Shown: positions 47,974-56,231 of the stretch, in pieces
How the letters are laid out: every line of letters starts with the position of its first letter
How positions within the stretch are numbered: the stretch's first letter is position 1
Source: a virus
Taxonomy: Duplodnaviria > Caudoviricetes
Direction: 5' to 3' (one strand)
IMG/VR virus record: IMGVR_UViG_3300043409_000324
Span: 1-57,917 of that record
DNA: 57,917 bases
The notes under the pieces: generated by a model
The model's database searches: none
Seen by the model: the letters and a program-made list of their open reading frames with translations, nothing else
What the model was told of the DNA's origin: nothing
Translations under genes and position numbers: made by a program

Positions 47974-48802
47974 CTGTTCCTCCTAGTGCATAAAGTGTTT
48001 CAGCCATATCAATGAGTTCATCCTTCTTCATTAGCTTTTCTAGCCATCTATTTGGTATACCTTTCAAGCCATACTTACGTCCTGCTAACATACCAGTGAC
48101 AGCACCTAAAGTGTCAGCGTCAAAGCCCATGTTCACTGCCTTCACTAAAGCTTTCTCGAAGGTAGAAGTTTCTCTCACACATTCCCATGCCATGTTGTAT
48201 GTATACATGATAGTTCCTGTGGCATACGGATCACGATAGTGTTTGAGATAGTCGAAGCTGTCCTCTGCCTTGCCTGACATAAGCTCAGTCACAAACCCTG
48301 CAATGTAATGCACAGTGTCTGCATTACCATGTGTCATCAATGACACGGCTATGCTCTGTGCCACAGCATTAGGCATGTTGTTGTGATTGGCAAGCACAAT
48401 GGGAGCAAGCCTCATGATGGAGCCATTACCACTAGCACCATAACTACTGCTACCTGCATAGGGGTTTGTAACATCCATCCTGTGGATGGCTTCACTGCAT
48501 GTCCTACCAATGTCAAAGACATAATCTCTAGTACCGAAGTGGCCTGTCTTCTTCCACATCTTAAAGTTCATGGCAATGGCTTCAGGGTCAAAGCGTTTGC
48601 TGCTTATGTATGCATCGGCAATAGCCACAGCCATAGCGCCATCGTCTGTCCATTCACCTTCGGCAGTGTTGTGCATACCCCCACCCTCCATCTCTGTCAG
48701 TGTGTGTGTCATCTCATGTGGCCTCATGAATTCCAATGGAGCACCTAGTGCATCTCCAATGAACAGACCCATGAACATACCAATTGCTTTATCTTGATGC
48801 AT
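47966..48802 (-). CDS. ADP-ribosylglycohydrolase (DraG/ARH family)
   Basis: GDALGA..E, WTDD, GNGSIMRLAP, TH, DADT.GA..G motifs. Confidence 0.93.
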   Translation of the reverse strand: MHQDKAIGMFMGLFIGDALGAPLEFMRPHEMTHTLTEMEGGGMHNTAEGEWTDDGAMAVAIADAYISSKRFDPEAIAMNFKMWKKTGHFGTRDYVFDIGRTCSEAIHRMDVTNPYAGSSSYGASGNGSIMRLAPIVLANHNNMPNAVAQSIAVSLMTHGNADTVHYIAGFVTELMSGKAEDSFDYLKHYRDPYATGTIMYTYNMAWECVRETSTFEKALVKAVNMGFDADTLGAVTGMLAGRKYGLKGIPNRWLEKLMKKDELIDMAETLYALGGTDE

Positions 48803-48984
48803 TAAATGTCCGTATTCGTTACAGTTATTTCAAAATCAATACCATCACCTAACTTGTTGATGTCTTCACGCAACACATCACAAATCTTTTGAATAGTTTC
48901 CCAAGGACACAGGCAGTCTATGTTCATGTGTAGTACCTTTACACCGTCCATGTAACCTGCAATTTTTGTCTTGTTACTTAACAT
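48802..48984 (-). CDS. hypothetical protein
   Basis: Start re-called at MLSNK with AAGGA RBS. Confidence 0.5.
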   Translation of the reverse strand: MLSNKTKIAGYMDGVKVLHMNIDCLCPWETIQKICDVLREDINKLGDGIDFEITVTNTDI

Positions 48985-49027
48985 ATATGTTCCTTTATGC
49001 AGGGGACTAAGCCCCTGCCTTGGTTGA

Positions 49028-49870
49028 TTAAGCGAAGGCAATGTCTTCAGCAATGTTCCACAACTCTGAGTTGATGCGGATGTTCTCTCTCACACTGCTA
49101 ACAGGACGAGCCTTACGGATCACACCATTGGGGTGCTTGTCAGACAGGCTCTTAACGAATGCATTGCCACGGATGACACCTTCCTGAATACGATTGAACA
49201 CAGTGAATGCATCCATGTAGTTGTCTTGATAGCGAGAGATCTTCAACACATCGGCAATGGTTTGAGGGGTAGCATACACACCATTGGTCTGCTGTTCAAG
49301 CATGTCCCATCGTGTCTCAATACCACGCTTAGCCATGATCACTGACTGATGTGGGTCAAGTGTCACACCACGCAGTCTTTCAAGACGCTCCATCATGGTG
49401 GGCAATGTAGCCACAGTGTTACGAAGCATCTCTTCAAAGCCACTCAGTGCCTTGCTGTGGTAGATACGAGACTGGAAACCATCACCTGCAATGAGGCCAT
49501 TGTCACAGATGAAACGGAAGCAACCTGCAAACAATCTCACTGAGCCAGTGCCATCGTGAGAGTTGTAAAGAATAATCTCAGGACGAATGTCAGCAGTGCC
49601 GAAGTCAATGTCCCATGTCTTAGCGAAGGCTACCATGTGACCTGAGTGAGCAGGGTTGTTCTTACGGCTACGCTTTTGTGCTGCTTGCACTGGTGCATAT
49701 CCATAGTCTTGCATCACTGTGATGATGTCGCTTGTGTTCAATGACACATAACGATCTGTAAGTCGGTCAGCCTTGGTTGTGCTGAAAGCAGCGGGGGCAA
49801 GTTGTTGGATACGCTCTGTAGAGAGAGCAGAATTGTTAACATTGCGAGAGAAGATTACATGTTTAGCCAT
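49028..49870 (-). CDS. DUF932/DUF945-family protein
   Basis: APAAF...RY, PEIILYNSHDG.S...AG.FRFICDNGLI, FNRIQE motifs. Confidence 0.85.
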   Translation of the reverse strand: MAKHVIFSRNVNNSALSTERIQQLAPAAFSTTKADRLTDRYVSLNTSDIITVMQDYGYAPVQAAQKRSRKNNPAHSGHMVAFAKTWDIDFGTADIRPEIILYNSHDGTGSVRLFAGCFRFICDNGLIAGDGFQSRIYHSKALSGFEEMLRNTVATLPTMMERLERLRGVTLDPHQSVIMAKRGIETRWDMLEQQTNGVYATPQTIADVLKISRYQDNYMDAFTVFNRIQEGVIRGNAFVKSLSDKHPNGVIRKARPVSSVRENIRINSELWNIAEDIAFA

Positions 49871-49916
49871 GATGTTTCCTTAAGAAAAGTGAATGAGTGT
49901 CAGCAACTGACGCTTA

Positions 49917-49946
49917 ATTATAACCACAAAATTAGGGGCAGTGCAA
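49917..49946 (-). promoter_or_regulatory. sigma70-like promoter with inverted repeat over the -35 box
   Basis: TTGCAC-N18-TATAAT; TAGGGG...CCCCTA flanks the -35. Confidence 0.6.
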
Positions 49947-49958
49947 TACCCCTACAGT

Positions 49959-50177
49959 TTACTCAGGCTTTTTAGCCAAAGGTATTACATCCATCCAAGC
50001 CATCAGATGGATAGTGTCACCGAACATATCTAGGCAGTAGCTATACATGCCATCGATGTGATCGAAGTAGTAGACAGCCCCAGTGCGAGGGCATTGTACA
50101 TAGCTCTTAGGCTTCACTGAGTACAGTGGTGTCACTGGTTGCTTGTCGAAGTCCCTGATGTCCACTTCGCTTAACAT
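49959..50177 (-). CDS. hypothetical protein (FDHIDGMYSYC family)
   Basis: GGAGG RBS, 72 aa. Confidence 0.65.
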   Translation of the reverse strand: MLSEVDIRDFDKQPVTPLYSVKPKSYVQCPRTGAVYYFDHIDGMYSYCLDMFGDTIHLMAWMDVIPLAKKPE

Positions 50178-50325
50178 AATTTTCCTCCTGTAATAGGTGT
50201 AGTCGTTTCATCTCAGTGCCTTTGGCATAGCCTCGGACATAGTCTTTGCTCATCCACTGGTATGCCATACCTAAGCCACGTTGTCCATGTACAAAGCCTA
50301 GCTGATAACTAATGTCTACTTCCAT
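50107..50325 (-). CDS. hypothetical protein
   Basis: YQLG..G...DYVRGY..G pattern; start uncertain. Confidence 0.4.
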   Translation of the reverse strand: MEVDISYQLGFVHGQRGLGMAYQWMSKDYVRGYAKGTEMKRLHLLQEENYVKRSGHQGLRQATSDTTVLSEA

Positions 50326-50385
50326 AGCATTAAAATCACAAATGCTATAGCAAAGAGAAGAGCAAACCATCCATATAAAGTTTCA

Positions 50386-50553
50386 TCATCCATTTGCAAC
50401 ATCCTTTCTTTGTACTGGTGTAGCCAACAACCACTTGTCCCCAAGGTAACGAATGCTTCGCACCCACTGCCGTTGGTTGTGTCTATTGATACGCTTCTCT
50501 ACACCTTCGGTGTTGAACAGAGTGCGAACATGCTTTAACATCTTTGTATTCAT
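50386..50553 (-). CDS. small basic hypothetical protein
   Basis: Not in ORF track. 55 aa MNTKMLKHVR...WVRSIRYLGDKWLLA; AAGGA RBS. Confidence 0.6.
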   Translation of the reverse strand: MNTKMLKHVRTLFNTEGVEKRINRHNQRQWVRSIRYLGDKWLLATPVQRKDVANG

Positions 50554-50554
50554 T

Positions 50555-50752
50555 TCATTCCTTAACTATACGAAAGTTTCCTAAGTCTACCTGTTCTCTG
50601 TTGGCAAAGAACAAGCCATCAAGGTAGCGTTCCAGTGCATTTGATGCATCAGGTAGTGTGGCATAACGCCTTGGTTTGTAGTTGCCACTGTCTGTCACAT
50701 CAAACTCTAGGCAGTACCACTTGTCACGCAGTCTGGTTTGTATCTTGTACAT
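50555..50752 (-). CDS. hypothetical protein
   Basis: Start re-called at MYKIQ. Confidence 0.55.
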   Translation of the reverse strand: MYKIQTRLRDKWYCLEFDVTDSGNYKPRRYATLPDASNALERYLDGLFFANREQVDLGNFRIVKE

Positions 50753-51023
50753 ATGCATACCTTTCATAAGAACGGATCTTGCTATCACCATCGGTGTTCT
50801 TAGTCACAAACTTGACTGCCACATTGTCAGAGTGTAGTCGCTGTATTAACAACGACAAGTCACAGTCTTCCTCAAGGTAGACATTGTCCTTGTACTGATA
50901 GCTGTAGCTGCTTACATCAGGGGCAATGCCTAAGTTGTCTAACACCTTACGCTTCACCTTACCCCATCCATGCCCTGCATCAGTGTATACAGTGATGGTG
51001 AATGTCTTACCTTTCTTTATCAT
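50724..51023 (-). CDS. conserved hypothetical protein (D.GHGW..V...YLEEDCD family)
   Basis: Motif seen; GAGGA RBS. Confidence 0.7.
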   Translation of the reverse strand: MIKKGKTFTITVYTDAGHGWGKVKRKVLDNLGIAPDVSSYSYQYKDNVYLEEDCDLSLLIQRLHSDNVAVKFVTKNTDGDSKIRSYERYAYVQDTNQTA

Positions 51024-51286
51024 GATGTTAGTTCCTCAATGGTTCCTGCCAACACCACTGTCTTACCAGTAGCACCAACCACGAAGCTAAGCTTCATGAT
51101 GTTAGGATGTGATCTAAGTCCACAATTAGTCATGTATGTTTCCATCTGTCCTCTTTCATCGAAAGAGTGTTGACATCCATGTCCATTACTGAACTCCCAG
51201 TGCAGGGTGTAGGGTGGTGGTAGCACCTCCTCCGCTTTGATTGCCCACATCTTATCAATCCTTTCATACGAATCATCTTTGATCAT
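51020..51286 (-). CDS. hypothetical protein
   Basis: 88 aa, coupled to neighbours. Confidence 0.55.
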   Translation of the reverse strand: MIKDDSYERIDKMWAIKAEEVLPPPYTLHWEFSNGHGCQHSFDERGQMETYMTNCGLRSHPNIMKLSFVVGATGKTVVLAGTIEELTS

Positions 51287-51471
51287 GCCAGTTCCTTTGT
51301 AGGGATAATGATAGTGTGTACCACATCCCCTTGTTTGTTATAAACATACAAGTGCAACTCACTGTTCTCCATGACGGAGTCAAGGTAGCACTCAACATAT
51401 CCATTGTTTTTACCAATGTTAATCACTGTGGAATTAACAAAGTTATCCAAGGTTTCTACTGTCAGTTTCAT
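51283..51471 (-). CDS. hypothetical protein
   Basis: 62 aa, coupled to neighbours. Confidence 0.55.
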   Translation of the reverse strand: MKLTVETLDNFVNSTVINIGKNNGYVECYLDSVMENSELHLYVYNKQGDVVHTIIIPTKELA

Positions 51472-51920
51472 AGGTTATGTTCCATAATATATTTAGCATC
51501 GGCAATGTCTTTAGACAGTGCCTCTATCCACTTACCATCCTCAATGTACTTGTCAGCCGACTCAGTCAGGTTCTTAAGCACCCCTCGAATGTCAGCCTTA
51601 GCACCCTTGGAAATGACAGGGAATTGCTCATGTCGTTCCATGCCCCGAATGAATGCATACCAAACCTTTGACTTCGGAGTGTAGAAGGTGGTTGCAATTT
51701 CCTTACGCTCCCAGTGCTTAGTGTAGCTAGGGTGGACATAAGCATAGTGTTGCCCAAAGATTCGGGCAGTCTCTTCCTGCTTGGTGACTGTCAATGTGCA
51801 GAGAACTTCCCTTGCTTGGTTGAAGGTGGTGAATACATTGTTACCCTGCTCATCACAAGCATAGTCTTCATTGGACATCAGCACCCTGTAACCTTCGGTT
51901 GTTTTAATAATTTGATTCAT
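51468..51920 (-). CDS. hypothetical protein
   Basis: 150 aa, AGGAG RBS. Confidence 0.6.
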   Translation of the reverse strand: MNQIIKTTEGYRVLMSNEDYACDEQGNNVFTTFNQAREVLCTLTVTKQEETARIFGQHYAYVHPSYTKHWERKEIATTFYTPKSKVWYAFIRGMERHEQFPVISKGAKADIRGVLKNLTESADKYIEDGKWIEALSKDIADAKYIMEHNL

Positions 51921-52102
51921 TTCTGTTCTCCTTTAAGTGCCAGTTCTTTTTCCATCCCCTTGATGAAGGCATAGTAGCCCTTTGTCTTTGGGGTGTAGAA
52001 GGTGGATGCTATTTGCTTAGGCTTCATTGACTTAGCAAGTTTGGGCAGGGTGACTACATAACACCTACCAAAAAAGTCTGCAGTAAATTCTATCTTAGTC
52101 AT
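51917..52102 (-). CDS. hypothetical protein, partial paralog of 51468..51920
   Basis: Shares IAxTFYTPKxKxxYAFIxGME. Confidence 0.6.
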   Translation of the reverse strand: MTKIEFTADFFGRCYVVTLPKLAKSMKPKQIASTFYTPKTKGYYAFIKGMEKELALKGEQK

Positions 52103-52358
52103 CACATGCCCCTTCCATAACATCACTCAGTTTAATGCCACTGCATAAGTCATCAGCACTATTCTCAAATGAGCTTCGAGTGTCATCAATAATTTCAATG
52201 ACACTTTCAGGTGGGTAATTCTCAATTGGTTCCCACAGAATAACATCCTCATGCTCCTCTGTTATCATTTCTAACACCTCATCGTATGTCTTATCATCGG
52301 GGTAGTCAGAGAGCCACTGACCGAGAGCAAAACGCTCACTCACTTTCATTCTGTTCAT
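52095..52358 (-). CDS. acidic hypothetical protein
   Basis: 87 aa, palindromic RBS element upstream. Confidence 0.6.
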   Translation of the reverse strand: MNRMKVSERFALGQWLSDYPDDKTYDEVLEMITEEHEDVILWEPIENYPPESVIEIIDDTRSSFENSADDLCSGIKLSDVMEGACDD

Positions 52359-52552
52359 AATGTATTTCCTTTCAGGAGTTGTTCTCGTTTAATGAAGGGT
52401 AGGTAAACTTTGTTACCAAAGAATTGATGCTCAAACAATTGATCTTCAACGATCTTGTCTGAGTGTGCTCTCGCTGCTTTCAATGTCTTGAAAGAAGCAA
52501 CAGGGCTAGTGCTATTGGGATAACACACAATGAATTTGTATCTGTATCTCAT
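52355..52552 (-). CDS. hypothetical protein
   Basis: GGAG RBS before MRYRYK. Confidence 0.55.
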   Translation of the reverse strand: MRYRYKFIVCYPNSTSPVASFKTLKAARAHSDKIVEDQLFEHQFFGNKVYLPFIKREQLLKGNTL

Positions 52553-52737
52553 ACGATCTCCCATTTGTTGTATGAATCATTCATCCACTCATCAATAATT
52601 TCTTGTGGAAATTGTTGAGTATCTTCAACAGTGTAGTCTGTCCAGTGTTCAGACCTATCTCTGTTAACTTCCAACAGAAATTCTTCTGTTGTGTGTAAGG
52701 TAATCTTCCCTGTGTAGTCTGTGTTTTTAAACTGCAT
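52549..52737 (-). CDS. hypothetical protein (EVNRDRS..W family)
   Basis: Start re-called at MQFKN. Confidence 0.5.
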   Translation of the reverse strand: MQFKNTDYTGKITLHTTEEFLLEVNRDRSEHWTDYTVEDTQQFPQEIIDEWMNDSYNKWEIV

Positions 52738-52738
52738 A

Positions 52739-53119
52739 TCACCACCATGAATCGTAGAACACTGCCTTGCCATCAGCAAGGGCTTGCCTTGCCACCTTGA
52801 CGAAGGTAGCTACGCTTTCGAGATCTTCGGAGTCTATCTCTTGAGCACCGAAGAAGAACCCATTGATAGGCACTAGCTTGTTGTTGCCAGTGTCCATCTC
52901 TAAACGATCAAGATCGTTAGCAGTGAGCCTCACTGTAGTGCAATTAAAGCTACCTTTAGCACCTCCCCTTTGGCGGTAGAGATCCTCCATCCAACCATGA
53001 AGTGCATTAAACTTACGCCAGTAGCAGATCTCCGTAGCACCATCACCCAGTGCCACATCAGTAGCTTTGTCACCCACCTTGTCAGCATCCACAATGAATG
53101 CATACATATCAAGTCCCAT
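52739..53119 (-). CDS. conserved phage protein (MGLDMY...YWRK.N.LHGW...YDSWW family)
   Basis: Start re-called at MGLDMY. Confidence 0.75.
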   Translation of the reverse strand: MGLDMYAFIVDADKVGDKATDVALGDGATEICYWRKFNALHGWMEDLYRQRGGAKGSFNCTTVRLTANDLDRLEMDTGNNKLVPINGFFFGAQEIDSEDLESVATFVKVARQALADGKAVFYDSWW

Positions 53120-53270
53120 AATTGTTCCTCGGAAAGTTAATGGTTGAATAATAGAAGTCGAGGATTTCATCCTCTGTTAGTTCAAAGTCTATGTCACCGA
53201 GTGCCACAGCAATGCCAATGTCATAGACATTCCGAGACATACCAGTCTCGAATATCAGCGGTGTGTTCAT
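53109..53270 (-). CDS. small acidic hypothetical protein
   Basis: MNTPLIF start; fills the gap. Confidence 0.45.
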   Translation of the reverse strand: MNTPLIFETGMSRNVYDIGIAVALGDIDFELTEDEILDFYYSTINFPRNNYGT

Positions 53271-53271
53271 G

Positions 53272-53415
53272 TCACCTACAGCAAACATGTACCACCATCC
53301 TGTCCTCATCCACTGTCAGCCATGCCTTCCGAGTGAATGAATCGTAAACAATAATGTCACCGACATTAATGATTGCCCCTGTCTTGCAACAGATACCTTT
53401 GTATCTAGCCTTCAT
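53272..53415 (-). CDS. small hypothetical protein (MKARYKGIC...G..I..GD)
   Basis: Not in ORF track; 47 aa, ATGA overlap upstream. Confidence 0.5.
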   Translation of the reverse strand: MKARYKGICCKTGAIINVGDIIVYDSFTRKAWLTVDEDRMVVHVCCR

Positions 53416-53606
53416 GATCCGTTCCATGTTGCCTCCGAATGTTGTTCTTCAATATGCCAAGTGCCTATCTTGACAGCCTCTGCTATGGTTTCTGCGAAAC
53501 CAATGTAACCCACTGCATCTGAGTCAGAGAACATCTCAAATATCTCAGCGTCCTTCTCCCATCTAACCCACACTTCGTAGCCCTTCTTATCAAGGATTTT
53601 CCGCAT
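53412..53606 (-). CDS. hypothetical protein
   Basis: GGAG RBS before MRKILD. Confidence 0.55.
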   Translation of the reverse strand: MRKILDKKGYEVWVRWEKDAEIFEMFSDSDAVGYIGFAETIAEAVKIGTWHIEEQHSEATWNGS

Positions 53607-53925
53607 TGTATTTCTCCAAATATTTAAACAAATATTCCAGTGCCTCTGACTCTCTGTCAAAGGCTCGGTACTCACCATCCTCATCTATCCATTCACAAGA
53701 CACAGTCTTGGCAAACAGTACACAGTAGTCACCGACATGTTCCACATACCAGTCATCCATCAAGTTCAAGGCATAGTCCTTGAGATAAATCTCATGGCAA
53801 GCTTTTTTACATGTTGTGTCATCGACTCTAGTGAGTCGCTCCAGTTCTGATGGGTGGTTGTCAGATAACAACCCCATCACTGCATACTTAAACATAAATC
53901 TTTTATGTTCGTCATCGTCCATCAT
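53590..53925 (-). CDS. acidic hypothetical protein
   Basis: 111 aa. Confidence 0.55.
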   Translation of the reverse strand: MMDDDEHKRFMFKYAVMGLLSDNHPSELERLTRVDDTTCKKACHEIYLKDYALNLMDDWYVEHVGDYCVLFAKTVSCEWIDEDGEYRAFDRESEALEYLFKYLEKYNAENP

Positions 53926-54326
53926 TTGAAATCCCTCATGTAAATTGCACCACGCTTAGTGCCTTCGGCATCAGCAAACACTTTCATTCCAACAACATCA
54001 GCCCTATCCACTGATTGCTCAGTGGCTTTGATGATGAAGCTTGAATACTTATAAGGGTTATAAGATACTTGCCTACCAACCATGCTAAGGAATTCATAGT
54101 GGCTCTCGACTCTGTCGCCATTGATCCACACCCCAGTAACTCCGGCATGGACATTCTTTCGCTTCTCTCGAAGCACCCTCTGTCGCCCTGCTTCGGACAC
54201 CTTGAACTTGCAACCCTCAAGCAACACAGTTTCACTGTGAGCAACAACTCTACCCTTTCGGTCACCTTCCAGTGCCTTAATGCTGAAGCATTTCTTGTGC
54301 AGATTGAAGTAAACGAAGACTCTCAT
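53922..54326 (-). CDS. conserved phage protein (VYFNLHK...GRQRVLREKRKNVHA...YNPY family)
   Basis: Motifs seen; palindromic RBS element upstream. Confidence 0.75.
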   Translation of the reverse strand: MRVFVYFNLHKKCFSIKALEGDRKGRVVAHSETVLLEGCKFKVSEAGRQRVLREKRKNVHAGVTGVWINGDRVESHYEFLSMVGRQVSYNPYKYSSFIIKATEQSVDRADVVGMKVFADAEGTKRGAIYMRDFK

Positions 54327-54337
54327 TGTGTTTCCTT

Positions 54338-54424
54338 TCAGGAAAGCTTAGTTAATAACCAAAACTTTACAGCGACAAATGCTGCAAAGCAGAGCACACC
54401 TATTACATATTCCATGTCATTCAT
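54338..54424 (-). CDS. 28-aa single-TM peptide
   Basis: Not in ORF track. MNDMEYVIGVLCFAAFVAVKFWLLTKLS; GGAG upstream; stop codon lies inside the next RBS hairpin. Confidence 0.5.
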   Translation of the reverse strand: MNDMEYVIGVLCFAAFVAVKFWLLTKLS

Positions 54425-54668
54425 CTCCTGTCGGAAGGAATGTCAGATTCCCATCTGTGTACCTCATATCAAACATCAGAGCTTTCGCCCTGTTTAGATA
54501 CTTCATAGCAGTCTCAGTGTCACCCATTGCCATCAGTTCCTGTGCATCGGACAACAGTCCGGCAAGCACCATCACACCACCTGATATCTTGTAAGTGAGA
54601 CTGTCCTTCACGCTTTCTTTGAAAGCTTGGAAGTCACAGCCATACATTTGCATTTCTTTATCTGTCAT
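54417..54668 (-). CDS. hypothetical protein
   Basis: 83 aa, palindromic RBS element upstream. Confidence 0.65.
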   Translation of the reverse strand: MTDKEMQMYGCDFQAFKESVKDSLTYKISGGVMVLAGLLSDAQELMAMGDTETAMKYLNRAKALMFDMRYTDGNLTFLPTGDE

Positions 54669-54859
54669 GTTGTTTCCTTTAGGAAGTTCAATGTGGGTTG
54701 CTTCAAAGTTACTAAGTAACCAAGCGAAGCAATGTCAATCATCACTTTGTGAGTGAGGGTTTTAGTCCCTGCAATGGAAGCAAAAAGCTTTGCTTTGTTA
54801 CATACAGGGTAGACTTGTTCTACTCCGTAGACGTTTCTAATTTCAACTATCATTTCCAT
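54665..54859 (-). CDS. conserved phage protein (VYG...YP.C..A..FA.IAGTKTLT family)
   Basis: 64 aa, palindromic RBS element upstream. Confidence 0.7.
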   Translation of the reverse strand: MEMIVEIRNVYGVEQVYPVCNKAKLFASIAGTKTLTHKVMIDIASLGYLVTLKQPTLNFLKETT

Positions 54860-54870
54860 GTTGTTTCCTT

Positions 54871-55083
54871 TCAGGAAGTTGCTTCAACCAGTGCATTTTC
54901 ACTGTCGATAGTGACAGCATCAAACACCTGTTGCTTCGTGCCTTTGTAACCCATCCCTTTAAGAATTGCATAGCAAGTCTTACCTTTAGAGGTGAGTCGC
55001 ATACCTTTCATCTCCAGTTTAAGACCTTGTCTTAAGCAACGAAGACGATAAGCATTGATTTGTTCCGGTGTAGTTAATACCAT
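54871..55083 (-). CDS. hypothetical protein (LKLEMKGM family)
   Basis: 70 aa, palindromic RBS element upstream. Confidence 0.7.
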   Translation of the reverse strand: MVLTTPEQINAYRLRCLRQGLKLEMKGMRLTSKGKTCYAILKGMGYKGTKQQVFDAVTIDSENALVEATS

Positions 55084-55122
55084 TTTGTTTCCTTTAGGAA
55101 AAGCGAAGCGACTTTGCTTCTG

Positions 55123-55319
55123 TTAAGACTTGTCTTAGCCCTAACAGAAACCCACTGTCTAGCACCGACCCCAGTGCCACAATGGAATTGTCTCTCATAT
55201 ACATTATCAACATGATGTATTAGCATGTCCTGTACATTTACCCTGTACAGACTGGGCTGATCCATAGTGATGATGCATACCTTGCTAATAGCATGCACCC
55301 TCACCGACTTCAGTCTTAA
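55123..55319 (-). ncRNA. candidate structured RNA with pseudoknot
   Basis: Closing helix TTAAGACT/AGTCTTAA, several internal hairpins, 8-nt loop complementarity; G-U pairs favour the minus strand. Confidence 0.45.
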
Positions 55320-55352
55320 TTTTTAAAGAACATTCGTTTGAAGCTTTGCTTC
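55318..55352 (-). promoter_or_regulatory. boxA-like antitermination element with upstream hairpin
   Basis: Minus strand GAAGC-aaa-GCTTC ... TGTTCTTTAAAAATT, compared with rrn boxA TGCTCTTTAACAATT. Confidence 0.5.
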
Positions 55353-55438
55353 ACAGCAGGGCTTCACCCTATAGAGAACGCTAGATAACATTCTGCAAAG
55401 CCCTAAGGCTTTACGCAAGGCTATCAAATAAGCTCTGC

Positions 55439-56155
55439 TTATACAACAAATCCTGTCGTATCAAGCTTCGCTTTACCTTTAGCATACAGTCCGACAATGA
55501 CTTTGTCATCAAGGTGACGAACATCAGAGTTGTCTCCAGAGACAACAGGGATTCCCATAAAGCTTTGGGGAATGTCTTGTTCCTTTCGGAACACTACCGC
55601 CATTCTCATGTTGTTTAACAAAGCATTTTCGACATAAGGCTGAAAGCCTTCCACACCGGAATAGGAAAATGTCAGGTCATAGTTACTTGGTAACTCAGTG
55701 CGGTTTCCTCTCTTAGTGTAGTCATAGAATTGAATCTCAGGAAAAGCAGCAAATATGTTTACATATTCAATGCCATCAGTGTCAGTAAAAGCTACGCTTT
55801 CCCACCGAATGTCACTAGTACCATTCAATCTGACTAAAGGCTTTAAGCCTTGCTTGTTAGCCTTCTTGATAAGCTTAGCAATATCAACAACAAGTTGTTG
55901 CATGAAGCTGTTTCGCTCAGTGAAAAACCATGTGGTTTTATTGATCCTAGCTTGCTGAACAGAGCTGAAAGCTCCACGACCTGCAGTGTTGAGGCAAGCC
56001 ACATCACATTGAGCCTTTTTAGCCATTGGACAAGTGTTCCACTTGGTAGTGTTTGCCGGAGCTAGATAGAGAATGCCAGTTAAGAAACCTAAGGTTTCAC
56101 CCTTGATAGTTTTGGCATCGGACGATACAGAAAGCAGAGCTTTAGACTTGAACAT
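55439..56155 (-). CDS. GP88-like protein (Cys cluster)
   Basis: Start re-called at MFKSKALL; TCPM....CDVACL, RLNGTSDI, FYDYTK motifs; family name recalled from memory. Confidence 0.7.
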   Translation of the reverse strand: MFKSKALLSVSSDAKTIKGETLGFLTGILYLAPANTTKWNTCPMAKKAQCDVACLNTAGRGAFSSVQQARINKTTWFFTERNSFMQQLVVDIAKLIKKANKQGLKPLVRLNGTSDIRWESVAFTDTDGIEYVNIFAAFPEIQFYDYTKRGNRTELPSNYDLTFSYSGVEGFQPYVENALLNNMRMAVVFRKEQDIPQSFMGIPVVSGDNSDVRHLDDKVIVGLYAKGKAKLDTTGFVV

Positions 56156-56202
56156 TGTGTTTCCTTTAGGAAAGTTGTGGCAACATTGCCGTTGAGGTTT
56201 CA

Positions 56203-56231
56203 ATTGTAGCGGTATCCAATAACCCTGTCAA
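56203..56231 (-). promoter_or_regulatory. strong sigma70 early promoter
   Basis: TTGACA-N17-TACAAT. Confidence 0.8.

Noticed and set aside
55074-55304. 76-aa minus-strand ORF
   Set aside because: GTG start without a convincing RBS; the region is better explained as structured RNA, though coding is not excluded.
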